Counted from the stretch's first letter, positions 49,441 through 62,059 are shown. The stretch is 64,000 nucleotides of DNA from Octopus sinensis (GCF_006345805.1 NC_043001.1:19034001-19098000); one strand, 5' to 3'. The notes: generated by a model from the sequence alone, not told the origin. Program-made: numbers and translations.

Positions 49441-49948
49441 AAGGCGGCGAGCTGGCAGAGACGTTAGCACGTCGGGCGAAACGCTTAGCGGCATTTCGTC
49501 TGCCGTTGCGTTCTGAGTTCAAATTCCGCCGAGGTCGACATTGCCTGTCACCCTTTCGGGGTCGATAAATTAAGTACCAGTTACGCACTGGAGTAGATGT
49601 AATCGTCTTAATCCGTTTGTCTGTCCTTATTTGTCCCCTTTATGTTTAGCCCCTTGTGGGCAATAAAGAAAAAAAAATCGTTAGCACGCCGGGCGAAATG
49701 CTTAGTGGTATTTCGTCTGTCGTTACGTTCTGAGTTCAAATTCCGCCGAGGTCGACAAACAAGGAGAGACAAACGGATTAAGTCGATTACATCGACCCCA
49801 ATGTGTAACTGGTACTTAATTTATTGACCCCGAAAGGATGAAAGGCAAAGTCGACCTCGGCGGAATTTGAACTCAGAACGTAGCGGCAGACGAAATACCA
49901 CTAAGCATTTCGCCCGGCGCGCTAACGTTTCTGCCAGCTCGCCGCCTT
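49441..49948. mobile_element. SINE family B inverted cluster
   Basis: Forward unit, partial forward unit, then a reverse-complement unit ending cgccgcctt. Confidence 0.87.
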
Positions 49949-49995
49949 AAAAGACGTTGAGTACAACAATGAAAATAGAAGTGAGCAAGTACCAT

Positions 49996-50375
49996 TACTC
50001 TTTTACTTGTTTCAGTCATTTGACTGTAGCCATGCTGGAGCACCGCCTTTTAGTCGAGCAAATCGAACTCAGGACTTATTCTTTGTAAGCCTAGTACTTA
50101 TTCTATCGTTCTCTTTTGCCAAATCGCTAAGTTACAGGGACATAAACACACCAGCATCGGTTGTCAAGCGATGTTAGGGGTACAAACACAGACACACAAA
50201 CATATATATATACTTATATACGACGGGCTTCTTTCAGTTTCCGTCTACCAAATCCACTCACAAGGCTTTGGTCGGCCCGAGGCTATAGTAGAAGACACTA
50301 GCCCAAGTTGCCACACAGTGGGACTGAACCCGGAACCATGTGGTTGGTAAGCAAGCTACTAACCACGAAGCCGCT
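49996..50375 (-). mobile_element. SINE family A, full length
   Basis: Reverse-complement match. Confidence 0.9.
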
Positions 50376-50962
50376 ACTATTATTTTTCAATCATTATTTT
50401 TTCAAAAATTTATTTATATAAATATTGTGTACTTTTGTTCTGTTTAAAGACGACACCTGTAGCTATGTAAAAAGAACTCGGAACGGTTGAACTAGAGAAT
50501 GTTGCATGTCTTATATTTGTGCTTGTTTGTGTGTGAGTACGTGTGTGTATTTGTGCGTGTGTGAGTGTATTTGTGTGTGTGTGTCTACATGTGAATGTGT
50601 GTATGTGTGTTTGCACATTTTTTTCAAATATGCATCAGTTTTTCAGTACAATTGTTTGTAGTTCTCTTTACTTATATCCAGGTGTCAAATTTAAAATCGC
50701 AAAGTAGTACACAATATTAATATTAATCAAATTATGAAAAAATGTTTGAAGTAGTCGGGGGGGAAAAAAATGGAAACAATCGCCTTGAGGATTATTATTC
50801 AGCGTCAATTTTTTAACGGTTCAACGGTTCTCTCTATATATTAGAAATATTGATTTTCATAAGGTGGAAATAAAGATATTGAGATGACAAATCTAAGAAT
50901 AACAAAATATAACTGCATTTAAAAATTGTGATGTCAAGTTCGAATATTGAATCGACAAATAC

Positions 50963-51530
50963 AGGCGTAGGAGTGGCTGTGTGGTTATTAGCTTGCTTAC
51001 CAACCACATGGTTCCGGGTTCAGTCCCACTGCGTGGCACCTTGGGCAAATGTCTTCTACTACAGCTTCGGGCGGACCAAAGCCTTGTGAGTGGATTTGGT
51101 AGACGGAAACTGAAAGAAGCCCATCGTATATATACTGCCCTTAGTCGAGCAAATCGACCGCAGGACTTATTCTTTGTATGCCTAGTACATATTCTATCGG
51201 TCTGTCTTGCCGAACCGCTAAGTTACGACGGCGTAAACACACTAGCATCGGTTATCAAGTGATGTTGGGGGGAGAAACGCACACATACACATATATATAT
51301 ATATGTGTGTTTATATGTATATGTTTGTGTGTCTGTGTTTCTCCCCCAGCATTGCTTGATAACCGATGCTGGTGTGTTTACGTCCTCGTAACTTAGCGGT
51401 TCGGCAAGAGAGACCGGTAGAATAAGTACTAGGCTTACAAAGAATAAGTCCTGGGGGGTCTATTTGCTCGACTAAAGGCGGTGCTCCAGCATGGCCGCAG
51501 TCAAGTGACTGAAACAAAGGAAAGAAAAAG
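50963..51530 (+). mobile_element. SINE family A with an internal inverted duplication
   Basis: Head (+), inverted body copy 51136-51285 (-), body and tail (+). Confidence 0.85.
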
Positions 51531-51635
51531 ATAAAAGAAAACACAAATATGATGGATATATTCCTATACATGAACGTTCTTGCCAGTTTATTCCGAGTCG
51601 GTAAAATATCGTTAGGACTACAGAAACGGTTATTC

Positions 51636-51848
51636 TTTTACCCTTTTACTTGTTTCAGTCATTTGACTGCAGCCATGCTGGAGCATCGCCTTTAGTCGAA
51701 CAAATCGACCCCAGGTCTTATTCGTTGTAAGCCTAGTATTTATACTATCGTTGTTTTTTTTTTTTTGCCGAACCTCTAAGCTACGAGGACGTAAACACAC
51801 CAACATCAGTTGTCAAGCGATGGGCGGGAGCACCAACTCAGACACACA

Positions 51849-51886
<38 letters not shown>

Positions 51887-52055
51887 ATACACACATATAC
51901 AACGGGCTTTCTGTGTATCAAATCCACTCACAAGGCTTTGGTCGGCCCGAGGCTATAGTAAAAGACACTTGGCCAAGTTGCCACGCAGTGGGACTGAGCC
52001 GGGAACCATGTGGTTGGGAAGCAAGCTTCCTACCACACAGCCACTCCTGCGCCTA
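51636..52055 (-). mobile_element. SINE family A, full length
   Basis: Reverse-complement match. Confidence 0.9.
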
Positions 52056-52138
52056 TTTAGCTTTTTTCATTTAAATACACCAACGAAACAGGACAACAAT
52101 ACAGGAATAATGGTTAATCTCTAAACACTTAACAACAA

Positions 52139-52888
52139 GGCGTAGGGGTGGCTGTGTGGTAAGTAGCTTGCTTACCAACCACATGGTTCCCGGTTCAGTT
52201 CCACTGCGTGGCACCTTGGACAAGTGTCTTCTACTATAGCCTCAGGCTAACCAAAGCCTTGTGAGTGGATTTGGTAGACGGAAACTGAAAGAAGCCCGTC
52301 GTATATATGAATATCTCTCTATATATAAACGGCAGTTTGGTGTGTGCGTGTCTGTGTGTCTGTTTGCTTGTACCCTCACCCTGACCACGGCTTTCAACAG
52401 ATTCTGATGAAACTTGACACACACATAGCCCAATGTCATAATTCAAAACTAACGCAGCGAAAATTTTGAAAAGTTCCCCCAGTTCTGAAAAAAATCGATA
52501 AATTCGACATGGGGTTGAGAATCAGAAACACAAACCACAGACTGTCTAGGGGACGCAACTCGACCTTTTTAACTCTCAAAAAAATTTACCATAATTTTTT
52601 TCCCATTTTTTTGCTATTTTTTGGCTATAACTCTCTAAAAATGCTTTATAGTTATTTCCCTTACAAACCCGAGCAACGCCGGGCGATACTGCTAGTATAT
52701 ATATATATGTATGTGTATAAGTTTGTGTGTCTGTATTTGTCTCACCCTCCCCAACATCGCTTAGCGGTTCGGCAAAAGAGACCGATAGAATAAGTAGTAG
52801 GCTTGCAAAGAATAAATCCTGGGGTCGATTTGCTCGACTAAAGGCGGTGCTCTAGCATGGCCATAGTCAAATGACTGAAACAAGTCAA
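52139..52888 (+). mobile_element. SINE family A interrupted by a Helitron
   Basis: Head 52139-52310; body and tail 52700-52888. Confidence 0.88.
52314..52695 (+). mobile_element. non-autonomous Helitron, second subfamily
   Basis: A|TC start; same 3' about 115 bp, hairpin and CTAG|T as 7410/48772 but a different 5' portion. Confidence 0.82.
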
Positions 52889-53131
52889 AAAAAATTAATA
52901 CAATGTTTTCTTTAATTTCTTTATTGCTGAGCTACTTTCTTTTATATCTTCATATTGTATTGTAACAATACTAAGGCTGTTGTGTGGCTAGTTTAACCAC
53001 AATTCATGGGTTGCAAAACTTTTTTTATACTCCAACTGTCTTCGTGTGAAATATCTACACGCAATTATTTATAGTCTATCGTATTCCACCGAGGTCGATT
53101 TATATATATATCGGCCGATACACCATATCTA

Positions 53132-53322
53132 TAGGCGTAGGAATGGCTTTCTGGTAAGTAGATTGTTTACCGACCACATGTTTCCGGGTTCAGTCCCACT
53201 TCGTGGCACCTTGGGCAATGTCTTCCACTATAACCTCGTATATGTTTGTGTGTCTGTGTTTGTTCGACTAAAGACGGTGCTCCAGCATGGCCACAGTCAA
53301 ATAACTGAAACAAGTAAAAGAG
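53132..53322 (+). mobile_element. SINE family A, internally deleted
   Basis: Head joined to the tail. Confidence 0.75.
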
Positions 53323-53539
53323 TATCCCATCCGATGAAGCGCCTGCACACAACTGTAGCTAAAAAATATTCAACTGTATAATAATTATAAAGAATAGTCT
53401 TCTTTAATTGTATATGAATATAAATTGAATAATTTAAAGCCTGTGTGTAGTGCAGAAACAAGTGTTGTGATCTACTATTAAAGCCTGATATCCTCCACCC
53501 TCATATTATATTATTCTTACACACATACACGCATATATA

Positions 53540-54080
53540 TTGGGTTGTCCGGAAAGTTCGTGCTGATTTTTAAAGGAAAGAAAAAGGTCAATAAAAACTT
53601 GCCATTACATTTTTACTCAACCATATATGAACCATTTTGTTGCACAATGCGTCTCCATCTTTCCTTTAACCTGAAAATACCTTCTTCCCAGAATTGAGGT
53701 TGTTTCATGGCAAAGAATTCATCAAGGTATCTTTTTGTGTCATCCAAGGAATTAAAATTTTTACCATTAAGACTATTCTGCAGAGACCTGAATAAGTGGA
53801 AATCCGAAGGAGCAATATCTGGTGAATATGGAGGGTGTGGTAACACATCCCAGCCGAGCTGCAGCAATTTTTGTCTGGTTCCCAAAGCATCAAGTGCCGA
53901 AAAGGAACTTTCTTATCTTCCATTTTTAAAGGGTTACAAAATTAACACATGTTATAGGAACATAAACCTTCTTCCACGAAAAGATAGCTTAAACTGTGCT
54001 CTAAATGGAGGTGTAGTCAAATTCTATTTTATGGACTCAACCATGTTCTGAAATAATTCGAAAGGTAAGCTACTATAAAT
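53540..54080 (-). mobile_element. internally deleted mariner, second copy, one TIR lost
   Basis: TA|ttgggttgtccggaaagttcg TIR; same deletion junction as 24552; HPPYSPDIAPSDFHLFRSLQN. Confidence 0.9.
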
Positions 54081-54400
54081 TGATGAAGGAAACGGAAGAT
54101 GGATTTAGTACGAATCTTTATTCGGCACGACGATCGTTTCGACCCCTCCTGCATCTGTTCCATGGGGGTAGAATATTGTGCATCTAGTTGTGTTGCACCA
54201 ATCAGTGCAGGCTGTGTCACTTCAGGTGCTTGGTGTAAAAACAAGATATCCTAGTAGATATTCTAATATATATATACTAGCACACAACTAGATGCACAAT
54301 ATTCTATTCCCATGGGAGAGAAGCAGGATGGGTCGAAACGATCGGTGTGTTGATTAAATATTTGTACTAAATCCATCTTCTGTTAACTTCATCAATTATA
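54074..54400. repeat. imperfect fold-back (about 120-bp arms)
   Basis: 54074-54196 versus reverse complement of 54280-54400; both arms carry GAAACGATCG pointing outward. Confidence 0.8.
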
Positions 54401-54624
54401 AACTCAACAAACACTGCAGATATCCTGAAACTGACCCAGAGAAAGTTATATCGTAACTGTATGTAGCCCAAGCGGTGAATGTGCTTTAATCGACATATCA
54501 ATAGACATACCGAATGTCCAAGTACTTACATATCTATATCTTAGTGTGTGTGGGGGGATGTATTTATGCATGTGTGTGTATACACAAATGTTTATTATAA
54601 AATATTCGTCAACCTGAAGCTATT

Positions 54625-54881
54625 CTCTTTTACTCTTGTTTCAGTCATTTGACTGTGCTCATGCTGGAGCACCGCCTTTAGTCGAGCAAATCGAGCCCAT
54701 GACTTATTCTTTGTAAGCCTGGTACTTATTCCATCGGTCTCTTTTGCCGAACCGCTAAGTTACGGGACGGGGACGTAAACACACCAGCATTGGTTGTCAA
54801 GTGATGTTGGAGGGACAAACACAGACACACGAACATATACACACACACACATACATACATATATACATACATACATATATG

Positions 54882-54962
<81 letters not shown>

Positions 54963-55135
54963 CATATATACGACTGGCTTCTTTCAGTTTCCGTCTACCA
55001 AATCCACTCACAAGGCTTTGGTCGGCCCGAGGCTATAGCAGAAGACACTTGCCCAAAGTGCCATACTGTGGGACTGAACCCGGAACCATGTGGTTGGTAA
55101 GCAAGTTACTTACCACACAGCCACTCCTACACCTA
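54625..55135 (-). mobile_element. SINE family A, full length
   Basis: Reverse-complement match. Confidence 0.9.
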
Positions 55136-55607
55136 TGATGAAGAAAAATCGATCAATGTGCCGTGCAGTAGGATTGAGCTCCCAACAACGCGGTTACGAA
55201 GTGAAATTCTTAACCACAAAAGTAATACCTACATGATATAGGTTGCAAATATATACTGCATTATGACAGCAAGTGTGTTTGAAAATACAGTTCATAATTA
55301 AACTAGTAATCGAACATCAATAAAATGTCGATCAGAGCCAATTAATTGGTTAGTAATCGATCCGACTACAGAAAGAGGTTATTAAGTGTATTTAGTTCAT
55401 TTAAAATCTTTGCGTGCTAAGCTTCACAGTTTCAACAAGTACACACACACACACGCGCGCACGCACGCACGCACGCACGCACGCACACGCAAGCATGCAC
55501 ACACGCGCACACATAAGTACACAAACACACACATACGTATATGTATGAATGCATAATATAAATACATTATTTACATATATATATATATAAATATGTGTGT
55601 GTGTGTA

Positions 55608-55850
55608 GGTGCGTGGCTTAGTGGTTAGGGTGTCAGCACCATGATCGTAAGATTGTGGTTTCGATTCCTAGACCGGGCGACACGTTGTGTTCTTGAACAA
55701 AACACTTCGTTTCACATTGCTCCAGTTCACTCAGCTGGCAAAAATGAGTAACGGTGCGATGGACTGGCGTCCCGTCCAGCTGGGGAACACATACGCCATT
55801 GAAACTGGGAAACCGGGACCATGAGCCTGGCTAGGCTTTAAAAGGGTGCA
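55608..55850 (+). mobile_element. SINE family D variant
   Basis: Same head and CORE-like part as 39967, then gcgatggactggcgtcccgtccag..ggaaaccggg (reminiscent of the Meta/V-type conserved segment; from memory). Confidence 0.7.
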
Positions 55851-55874
55851 TTTATTCATTTATTTACATATATA

Positions 55875-56047
55875 TTATAATTATATACATAATTATATCA
55901 AGTCGTCAACTTAAAGCATCACCACGCGCTAAGTGTGTTTTTCACGGAGATTTTAAGATAGTAGAAAAAGACTTTAACATCTATTTTTAGCAGCGCGTGG
56001 TGATGCTTTAAGCTGAACCCTTGATATAATTATGTATATAATTATAA
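55875..56047. mobile_element. MITE-like palindrome
   Basis: 56-bp inverted repeats (52/56 identical), about 60-bp spacer, TA-rich ends. Confidence 0.65.
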
Positions 56048-56558
56048 AATAATTCGTAAAATTTACCTAAAAGGATTTTATTTTCCGCACTGGCTACCTG
56101 GTAAAAGCATTATTGATTTTACACTTTATAATTATTAAAATAATTTGTGTGTGTGTGTGTAAATGTACATATATATATATATATCAATTTAATAGTGTTC
56201 ACTTCCGGACTCTCTCACTCTGTGAAAGTTTCTAGTTCGAATCACACGTGTCTCGAGCTATGTTGAAGATTTTCTATTTTGGATATATTTGGGGTACTTA
56301 GGTCTGCTCAGGACTTAGTGCTTGCTTTTTCCATGGGTATGAGTAAGTATTTCATTTATGTCTTACGTATTTATCGCTGAGGAGGAGAAAATTCTTATGA
56401 ATTAACTCTGAAATTGGGACCAATACGGTAATAACAGAATTTTTTAGAAATTTCTATCGGCTTGTTTCGAGACGCATAAATTATAATGGTTATTGACAAT
56501 TTTGTCTATTTTGGGCATATTTGGCATTAGAATTTTTCTTTTGCCCTTATTTTATAAG

Positions 56559-56634
<76 letters not shown>

Positions 56635-57269
56635 ACACATATATTTATGTCTCCCTTGTCAGTCGTTAGAAAAATGCTTTCACGTGGTTTAAGAGTTGTT
56701 TTCTGTGTATGTATTATTTCTAACGGGCTTTTGCACAATTCGACCAATTTTCACCCACAATATACTGATTAGCCCAAGGCTTTAGTAGAAGATACTCGCA
56801 CAAGATACCATGCAATGGTATTGAACTCAGAATTACATGGCTGTGACGCGTTACTCTTAACCATCCTGTGGTCATATATGTAATTCATTGAAATAAATAT
56901 CTTCTTTGAAGTAAGATATGCCTCAATACTTCACCGCCATCACTTTTTTGTGTCGTCTAAATTCCTACAATCAATATGTGTAGTCTGTTTGTCAGTCTAT
57001 TGTAATGTATTACATAGTTAAGTTTCTCATAAGATCGTCCTTTTGAATAAAGGGTTTTGGCTTCTGCAACTCTGATTAAGAATACTATGAGTAATTAATG
57101 ACACACATAATAAGAAAGAGACGAGTTGTCTTCGATCTCCACGTAAAAGTAATTCTCTTAGCTAATGCAACTGAAAAGGGTGAAACGTCGCCATAACCAC
57201 CATCTGTTTGCTTTCCATTATGCAAGATGAGTTTTGTACCTGGTCAAAACTAAAGGGCCATAGATATAC

Positions 57270-57270
<1 letters not shown>

Positions 57271-57346
<76 letters not shown>

Positions 57347-57522
57347 TGTTTCTTTATTAGCCACACAGGGCTGCACACAGACGGGACAAAGTAGAGCTTT
57401 TCTTTTGGGGGGAGAGAAGGAAAAGATAGATAGATAGATAGATAGATATATAGATAGATAGATAGATAGATAGATGGATAGATAGATAGATAGATAGATG
57501 GATAGGTAGATAGATGGATAGG

Positions 57523-57555
<33 letters not shown>

Positions 57556-57597
57556 GATAGATAGATAGATAGATGGATAGGTAGATAGATGGATAGG

Positions 57598-57675
<78 letters not shown>
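57271..57675. repeat. (GATA)n arrays with an embedded LINE 3' fragment
   Basis: Arrays at 57271-57346 and 57425-57675. Confidence 0.97.
57347..57424 (-). mobile_element. Tx1-family 3' terminal fragment (78 bp)
   Basis: Matches the LINE 3' end; (TATC)n on both sides. Confidence 0.9.
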
Positions 57676-58050
57676 TGTTTCTTTATTAGCCACACAGGGC
57701 TGCACACAGATAGAACAAATTACAAGGTAGAGCTTTTCTTTTGAAGGTAAAAGAAAAAATAAATAAATAAAGCGGGGGGTGCGATCAAAAGGGATCGTAA
57801 AAGGAGAGAAAGAGGACAAAAAAAGGGGGGTTAAAAAAAGGGGGAGAGGAAAAAATTGATCAATAGGGATCGTTATCACAGAAATGTCAATATGAAGTGT
57901 AAAGGGGAGGACAGGTGAGGTTTACCCGTGGAAAGAAAAGCCTACGGAAAAGACCACGGTAACCTCGGTCAATGAAGTCACATGTTATATTTCTTTCTTT
58001 TATTTTTTTTTTTTTGCAAATAAGCAACTCTCTGTATTAATTTTTACGGT

Positions 58051-61000
58051 TCATAGAATCATAGTCAAGGTGGCTTCGTCATTCATAGTGCCATCCTTGC
58101 TACATTCACCCATCTTTTTTTAAAACATTCACTAGACAAAACTTGCCTCTCTACTCTCACTTTCCTCCTCAAGTGATACTTGAAGAAGTTGATGAGAGAT
58201 TGACCAGAGAGGAAAGTGTTTGTCTCTAATCCTTTCAGGCGCGTCCACCAGATACATTCTTTCGCCATAGCCACAAGTATGATAAAAATAGCTCTTCCTT
58301 CCCGTTTGAAGGAAGGAGGCGTGACGATATTAACGATAGACTCGGCTGATAAACCGACACGTCCCACACGTGACAGCAGTCGTTCGACATAAGCCCACAG
58401 GTGGGAAATTGCTGGACACTGCACGATTGCGTGCAGAGCGGTTTCGTCGCTCTGCCCGCATCTCGGCAGGTCGGCCCCGTGTTTCTCGAGCCATGCCTAT
58501 AGAGCTTATCCCGAACGGGTAGCGCTTCTCGGTAGCACCGCCAGGCCAGGAATCTCTGGAAGTTGTCCATAGGTACGGGCCGAAAGTCGTTTGAAACAGG
58601 CGGGTCAGGTATTCCTCGTCGACGCCCAGGTTTGCCCCGAGATCGTCGTCGTACCTCCCCTCCACTAATCCCCTATAGAATGCTTTGGTTGTGTTGAAGT
58701 CACTCAAGGTCGACCCGGGACGGCAGAGTTGCTTGAGAGCAACGCGACACTCGCGGTGCCATTCGCCCTATCCTCGGCCTCTTTTTGATCCACGACTGCA
58801 GTTCGGTCATGGAGACAAGTTGCGGGAATGCGTGCCTCACAAACGGCGACCACACCTGTTCACCGTCGTCTACATAGAGCCGGAGATGTCGCAGTCTCAG
58901 CGCGTGTCTGCGCATCATCAACCACGGCATGCCCAGCCCTCCTTTTAACGGGTGTTGACAGCAAATGGATCGCCTGACCATCGGGACGCATCCTTTCCAC
59001 AAGAAGCGGAAGAGGATGCGTTCTAGTTTGGTGATGGTAGGGTCGGGACAAGGTACGACGGTCAGGCGGTAGTAGATGATGGACGCGATGTACGCGTTCG
59101 CCACCTCCGCCCGACCTTTTAGGGACAGTTTCCTCTCGGCCCATTGCTGGGCGAGAGTGACCACCCTACTCGTTATCTCGTTCCAGTTCTTCTCCATTTG
59201 GAGGTCCGAACCGAACCAGAGCCCGAGCAACTCAACCGGACCGTCTGTCCAGCGTCCCACGACGGAGGTACTGGTGGACGGCATGGGCTTGCTTCTCCAG
59301 GTGCCGAGCCGCAAGCCCACTGACTTTTCCCGGTTGATTTTTGCTCCTGTCACCGCTTCGTAGTCTTTCAGTGTCTCGCCGACCCGCTCGATGTGCTCGT
59401 GGCTTGACACTATGACGGTGACGTCGTCCGCGTATGCAGACACGCTCGTCCCGCATCCCAATTCTCGCGGGATGCCCCTCAGAGTCGCCAGCTTCCGCAG
59501 TAGTGGCTCAAGAGTCAATACGTATAGAAGCGCCGAGAGGGGGCATCCCTGACGGACCGAACGTGCAATGTCGAAAGGTCTCGATAGATGTCCATTCACG
59601 CGAATTACCGAACGGATGCCTCTGTACAAGGCAGCTATCCAGCCGCGGAAGACGGGACCGAAACCAGCCGCTCTCAGGACTGCCTCCAAGTATCGATGGT
59701 CTACCCTATCGAAGGCTTTCGATTGATCCAAGTTGATCAGGGCCCCACCCATGCCAGGTTCGTTAACTACCCTGTCTATGATGTAGCGCATCAGATGGAG
59801 GTTGTCATGGATGCTCCGGCCCGGCACGGCGCACGTTTGTGCGTTGTCGACCAGTTTCTCGATGACAAGCGCCAACCTCTTGGCTAACACCTTTGTCAAA
59901 ATTTTTAGGTCTGCATTGAGCAGAGTGATTGGTCTAAAGTTATCTATAATGTTCCCCTTGTTTGGATCTTTCCTCAGCAGTGTTACAGCTCCTCGACTCA
60001 CAAAACTGGGTATGCTCCCGTTTTGCTGCCAGTTGCAGTATACCGCTGCCAAGACGTCTCCAAACAAGTCTGGCATACAATTGTAAAACTTGTAGGGCAG
60101 ACCATCCAAACCCGGCGATTTGTCTCTCGAGCATTCTGCCATCGCGTCCTGCACATCCGCCGCCGTGATGGCACCTTCGCAGCACTCTGCCTCTCTTGCC
60201 GAGAGTCGTGGTAGGCTGTGCAGGTAGGCACTGAAATCCACCCTGCGTTCACGCTCACCACTCGTCCCGAACAGTCGGGCAAAGTGCCGCTGAAATGTCT
60301 CGCACATCTTGCTGGGCTCGAGCAATTCGCGCCCTTGTTCATCTACCAGAGACCGAATGGTGGCTTTGTTGCCCTGCTGCGCCTCCGCCACCCGGGCCTC
60401 TCTCGCGGCTCCAACACCTTCGTTCCTTAGAGCACGCATCCTAGCTCTGACAGCACATCCTTCGTGTTTGGCGTTGAAGTGTTGGTCGAGGGCCAACCTC
60501 GCCGCCAAAACGTCGGATGCAATGCCGCTTCTAATTGCCTCTTCTAGCTTCTTAACTAGCTCACCCTCTACTCTATTTCTATCTATGGCTAGTGCTTTGC
60601 TGTACCTAATCGCTTCTGCTTTTACTGCTCTCTTGAGGGCAAACCACCATTTGTTGTTGATGATGGCTCCCGTCAAAGCCCTCTTTACTAGTGTGCTAAT
60701 CCGGTCTCTGAAAACTTGTCTGGACGGGAATGATGCGTTCAGTTTCCAGTACCCAGGACCCTGTCGATGTGCCTTATCTAAGTCTAGCGTACACGTCACG
60801 AATTTGTGATCCGTGTAGCTGACTGTATGGAATTGTGGACATCCTAAGTTATCCTTGTCTACTGTCCTACACAGTATCCTATCTAGATACGATCTCTACG
60901 ACCCACTGCGGTTGCTCCATGTCCACGTTGGTGCATTTGGGTGGTCGAGTCGGTACCTATCAGACAGTTGGAATCGTCTGAGCAGGTCTCTGAGGCATTT

Positions 61001-61486
61001 GCATCCCCTTCTGTTTTTGTCTCTCCCCACATAGTCTAGATGCGTGTCCAAGGTAGCATTCCAATCCCCCACTAAAAGTAAAGGACGAGACGTTCCCAGG
61101 AATACTTCTAGACGTCGAAAGAAACCCGGCCGACCTGTTAAAGGCGGTGCGTAGACTGATACGAGTCGAAAAGCGCACCCATTGCTGCCGTCGACATTCA
61201 GAACGACCAGTCTACCCTCCGGGTCTACGAATATCGTCTTGACTTCGAGATCCAGGCTCTTGTGAAAAAGTACCGTGGTGCCACTACCGCCCATTCTCGG
61301 CAGACAGGGAGCAAAATAAATGTTAAACTGTCCGCCAAACATGGACTTTAGGGCCCGTGGCTCGTGGCGTCTGGTCTCACTTATGGCTATGATTCCCAAA
61401 TCGTGTGACTTTATGTCATTTAGGAGGTATCCTTGTTTCCAAGGAGACCCCAAACCACGCGCATTCACACAACCAATCTTGACCAT
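58051..61486 (-). pseudogene. ORF2: APE endonuclease, reverse transcriptase and C-terminal CCHC, disrupted
   Basis: MVKIGCVNARGL..SETR..GDWNA..YLDRI..TDHK (EN); GPGYWKLN; KSPGLDGLP; FRPITLLNAD; LDQSKAFDRVDH; RQGCPLS; YADD. One in-frame TAG at 60896-60898 and about three frameshifts between roughly 58780 and 58440. Confidence 0.93.
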
Positions 61487-61536
61487 GATTCTATTGGGGT
61501 GTGTGCTTTGAAACACAAAAAGGAAAGTACAGAGAG

Positions 61537-62025
61537 TTACTTACTTGTGTCGAAAGTTTTGGCTTCCTCGTTCTTTGATGTGTCTTCGAGGAGGTTTCTA
61601 TAAAGTTTTTGGGACAGATATTTTTGGAAACCCCCTACAGCATTTGGGAAGAGGGCTTTGAGTTTGTGGTGTTGTGTTTGTGTGATGTGTAGTATTTTGA
61701 TGTGTTTGGGTGGTGTAGTGCGTGGATGGTTGTTAGTTTTTAAGTCATCTTCACATATGTTTGTGTAGCCTGTGATGTACTCCATTAGTTTGGAGTCTTT
61801 TGTGTCTATCGCTGATAGCATTGTGTGTGTTTTTGTGGTGTTGGTGCTTGTTTGGTTGTGTATGGAGCTTTCAGGGTTCAGGTATCTCCCTGCTTTGGTT
61901 GCGTTTTCTTTGTTTTTTTGGGGTCTTTTCCTTTTAGCCCCTGTGGCTATTTGCCATTCCGTCGAACTTTCGTCGTTGGACGACGTGTCCGAATCAGAAG
62001 AGGGTAAAGGCAAAGCGTTTGGATC
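61537..62025 (-). CDS. ORF1 C-terminal remnant of the Tx1-like element
   Basis: Open frame from the (TATC)n junction to TAA at 61537-61539, immediately upstream of ORF2; no domain recognised. Confidence 0.65.
   Translation of the reverse strand, partial: DPNALPLPSSDSDTSSNDESSTEWQIATGAKRKRPQKNKENATKAGRYLNPESSIHNQTSTNTTKTHTMLSAIDTKDSKLMEYITGYTNICEDDLKTNNHPRTTPPKHIKILHITQTQHHKLKALFPNAVGGFQKYLSQKLYRNLLEDTSKNEEAKTFDTSK

Positions 62026-62059
<34 letters not shown>

Larger units (their letters stand above)
57676..62025 (-). mobile_element. near-full-length L1/Tx1-clade non-LTR retrotransposon, 5'-truncated within ORF1
   Basis: ORF1 remnant, 50-nt spacer, EN-RT-zinc-knuckle ORF2, about 375-nt 3' UTR and (TATC)n tail. 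Confidence 0.95.

Noticed and set aside
58685-60809. Several 80-170-aa ORFs overlapping Tx1 ORF2 in other frames or antisense
   Set aside because: Expected shadows of a GC-rich coding sequence; no motifs recognised.
60896-60898. In-frame TAG between EN and RT as programmed readthrough
   Set aside because: The same ORF has several frameshifts further on, so simple decay or a sequencing error is more likely; the family consensus would decide.
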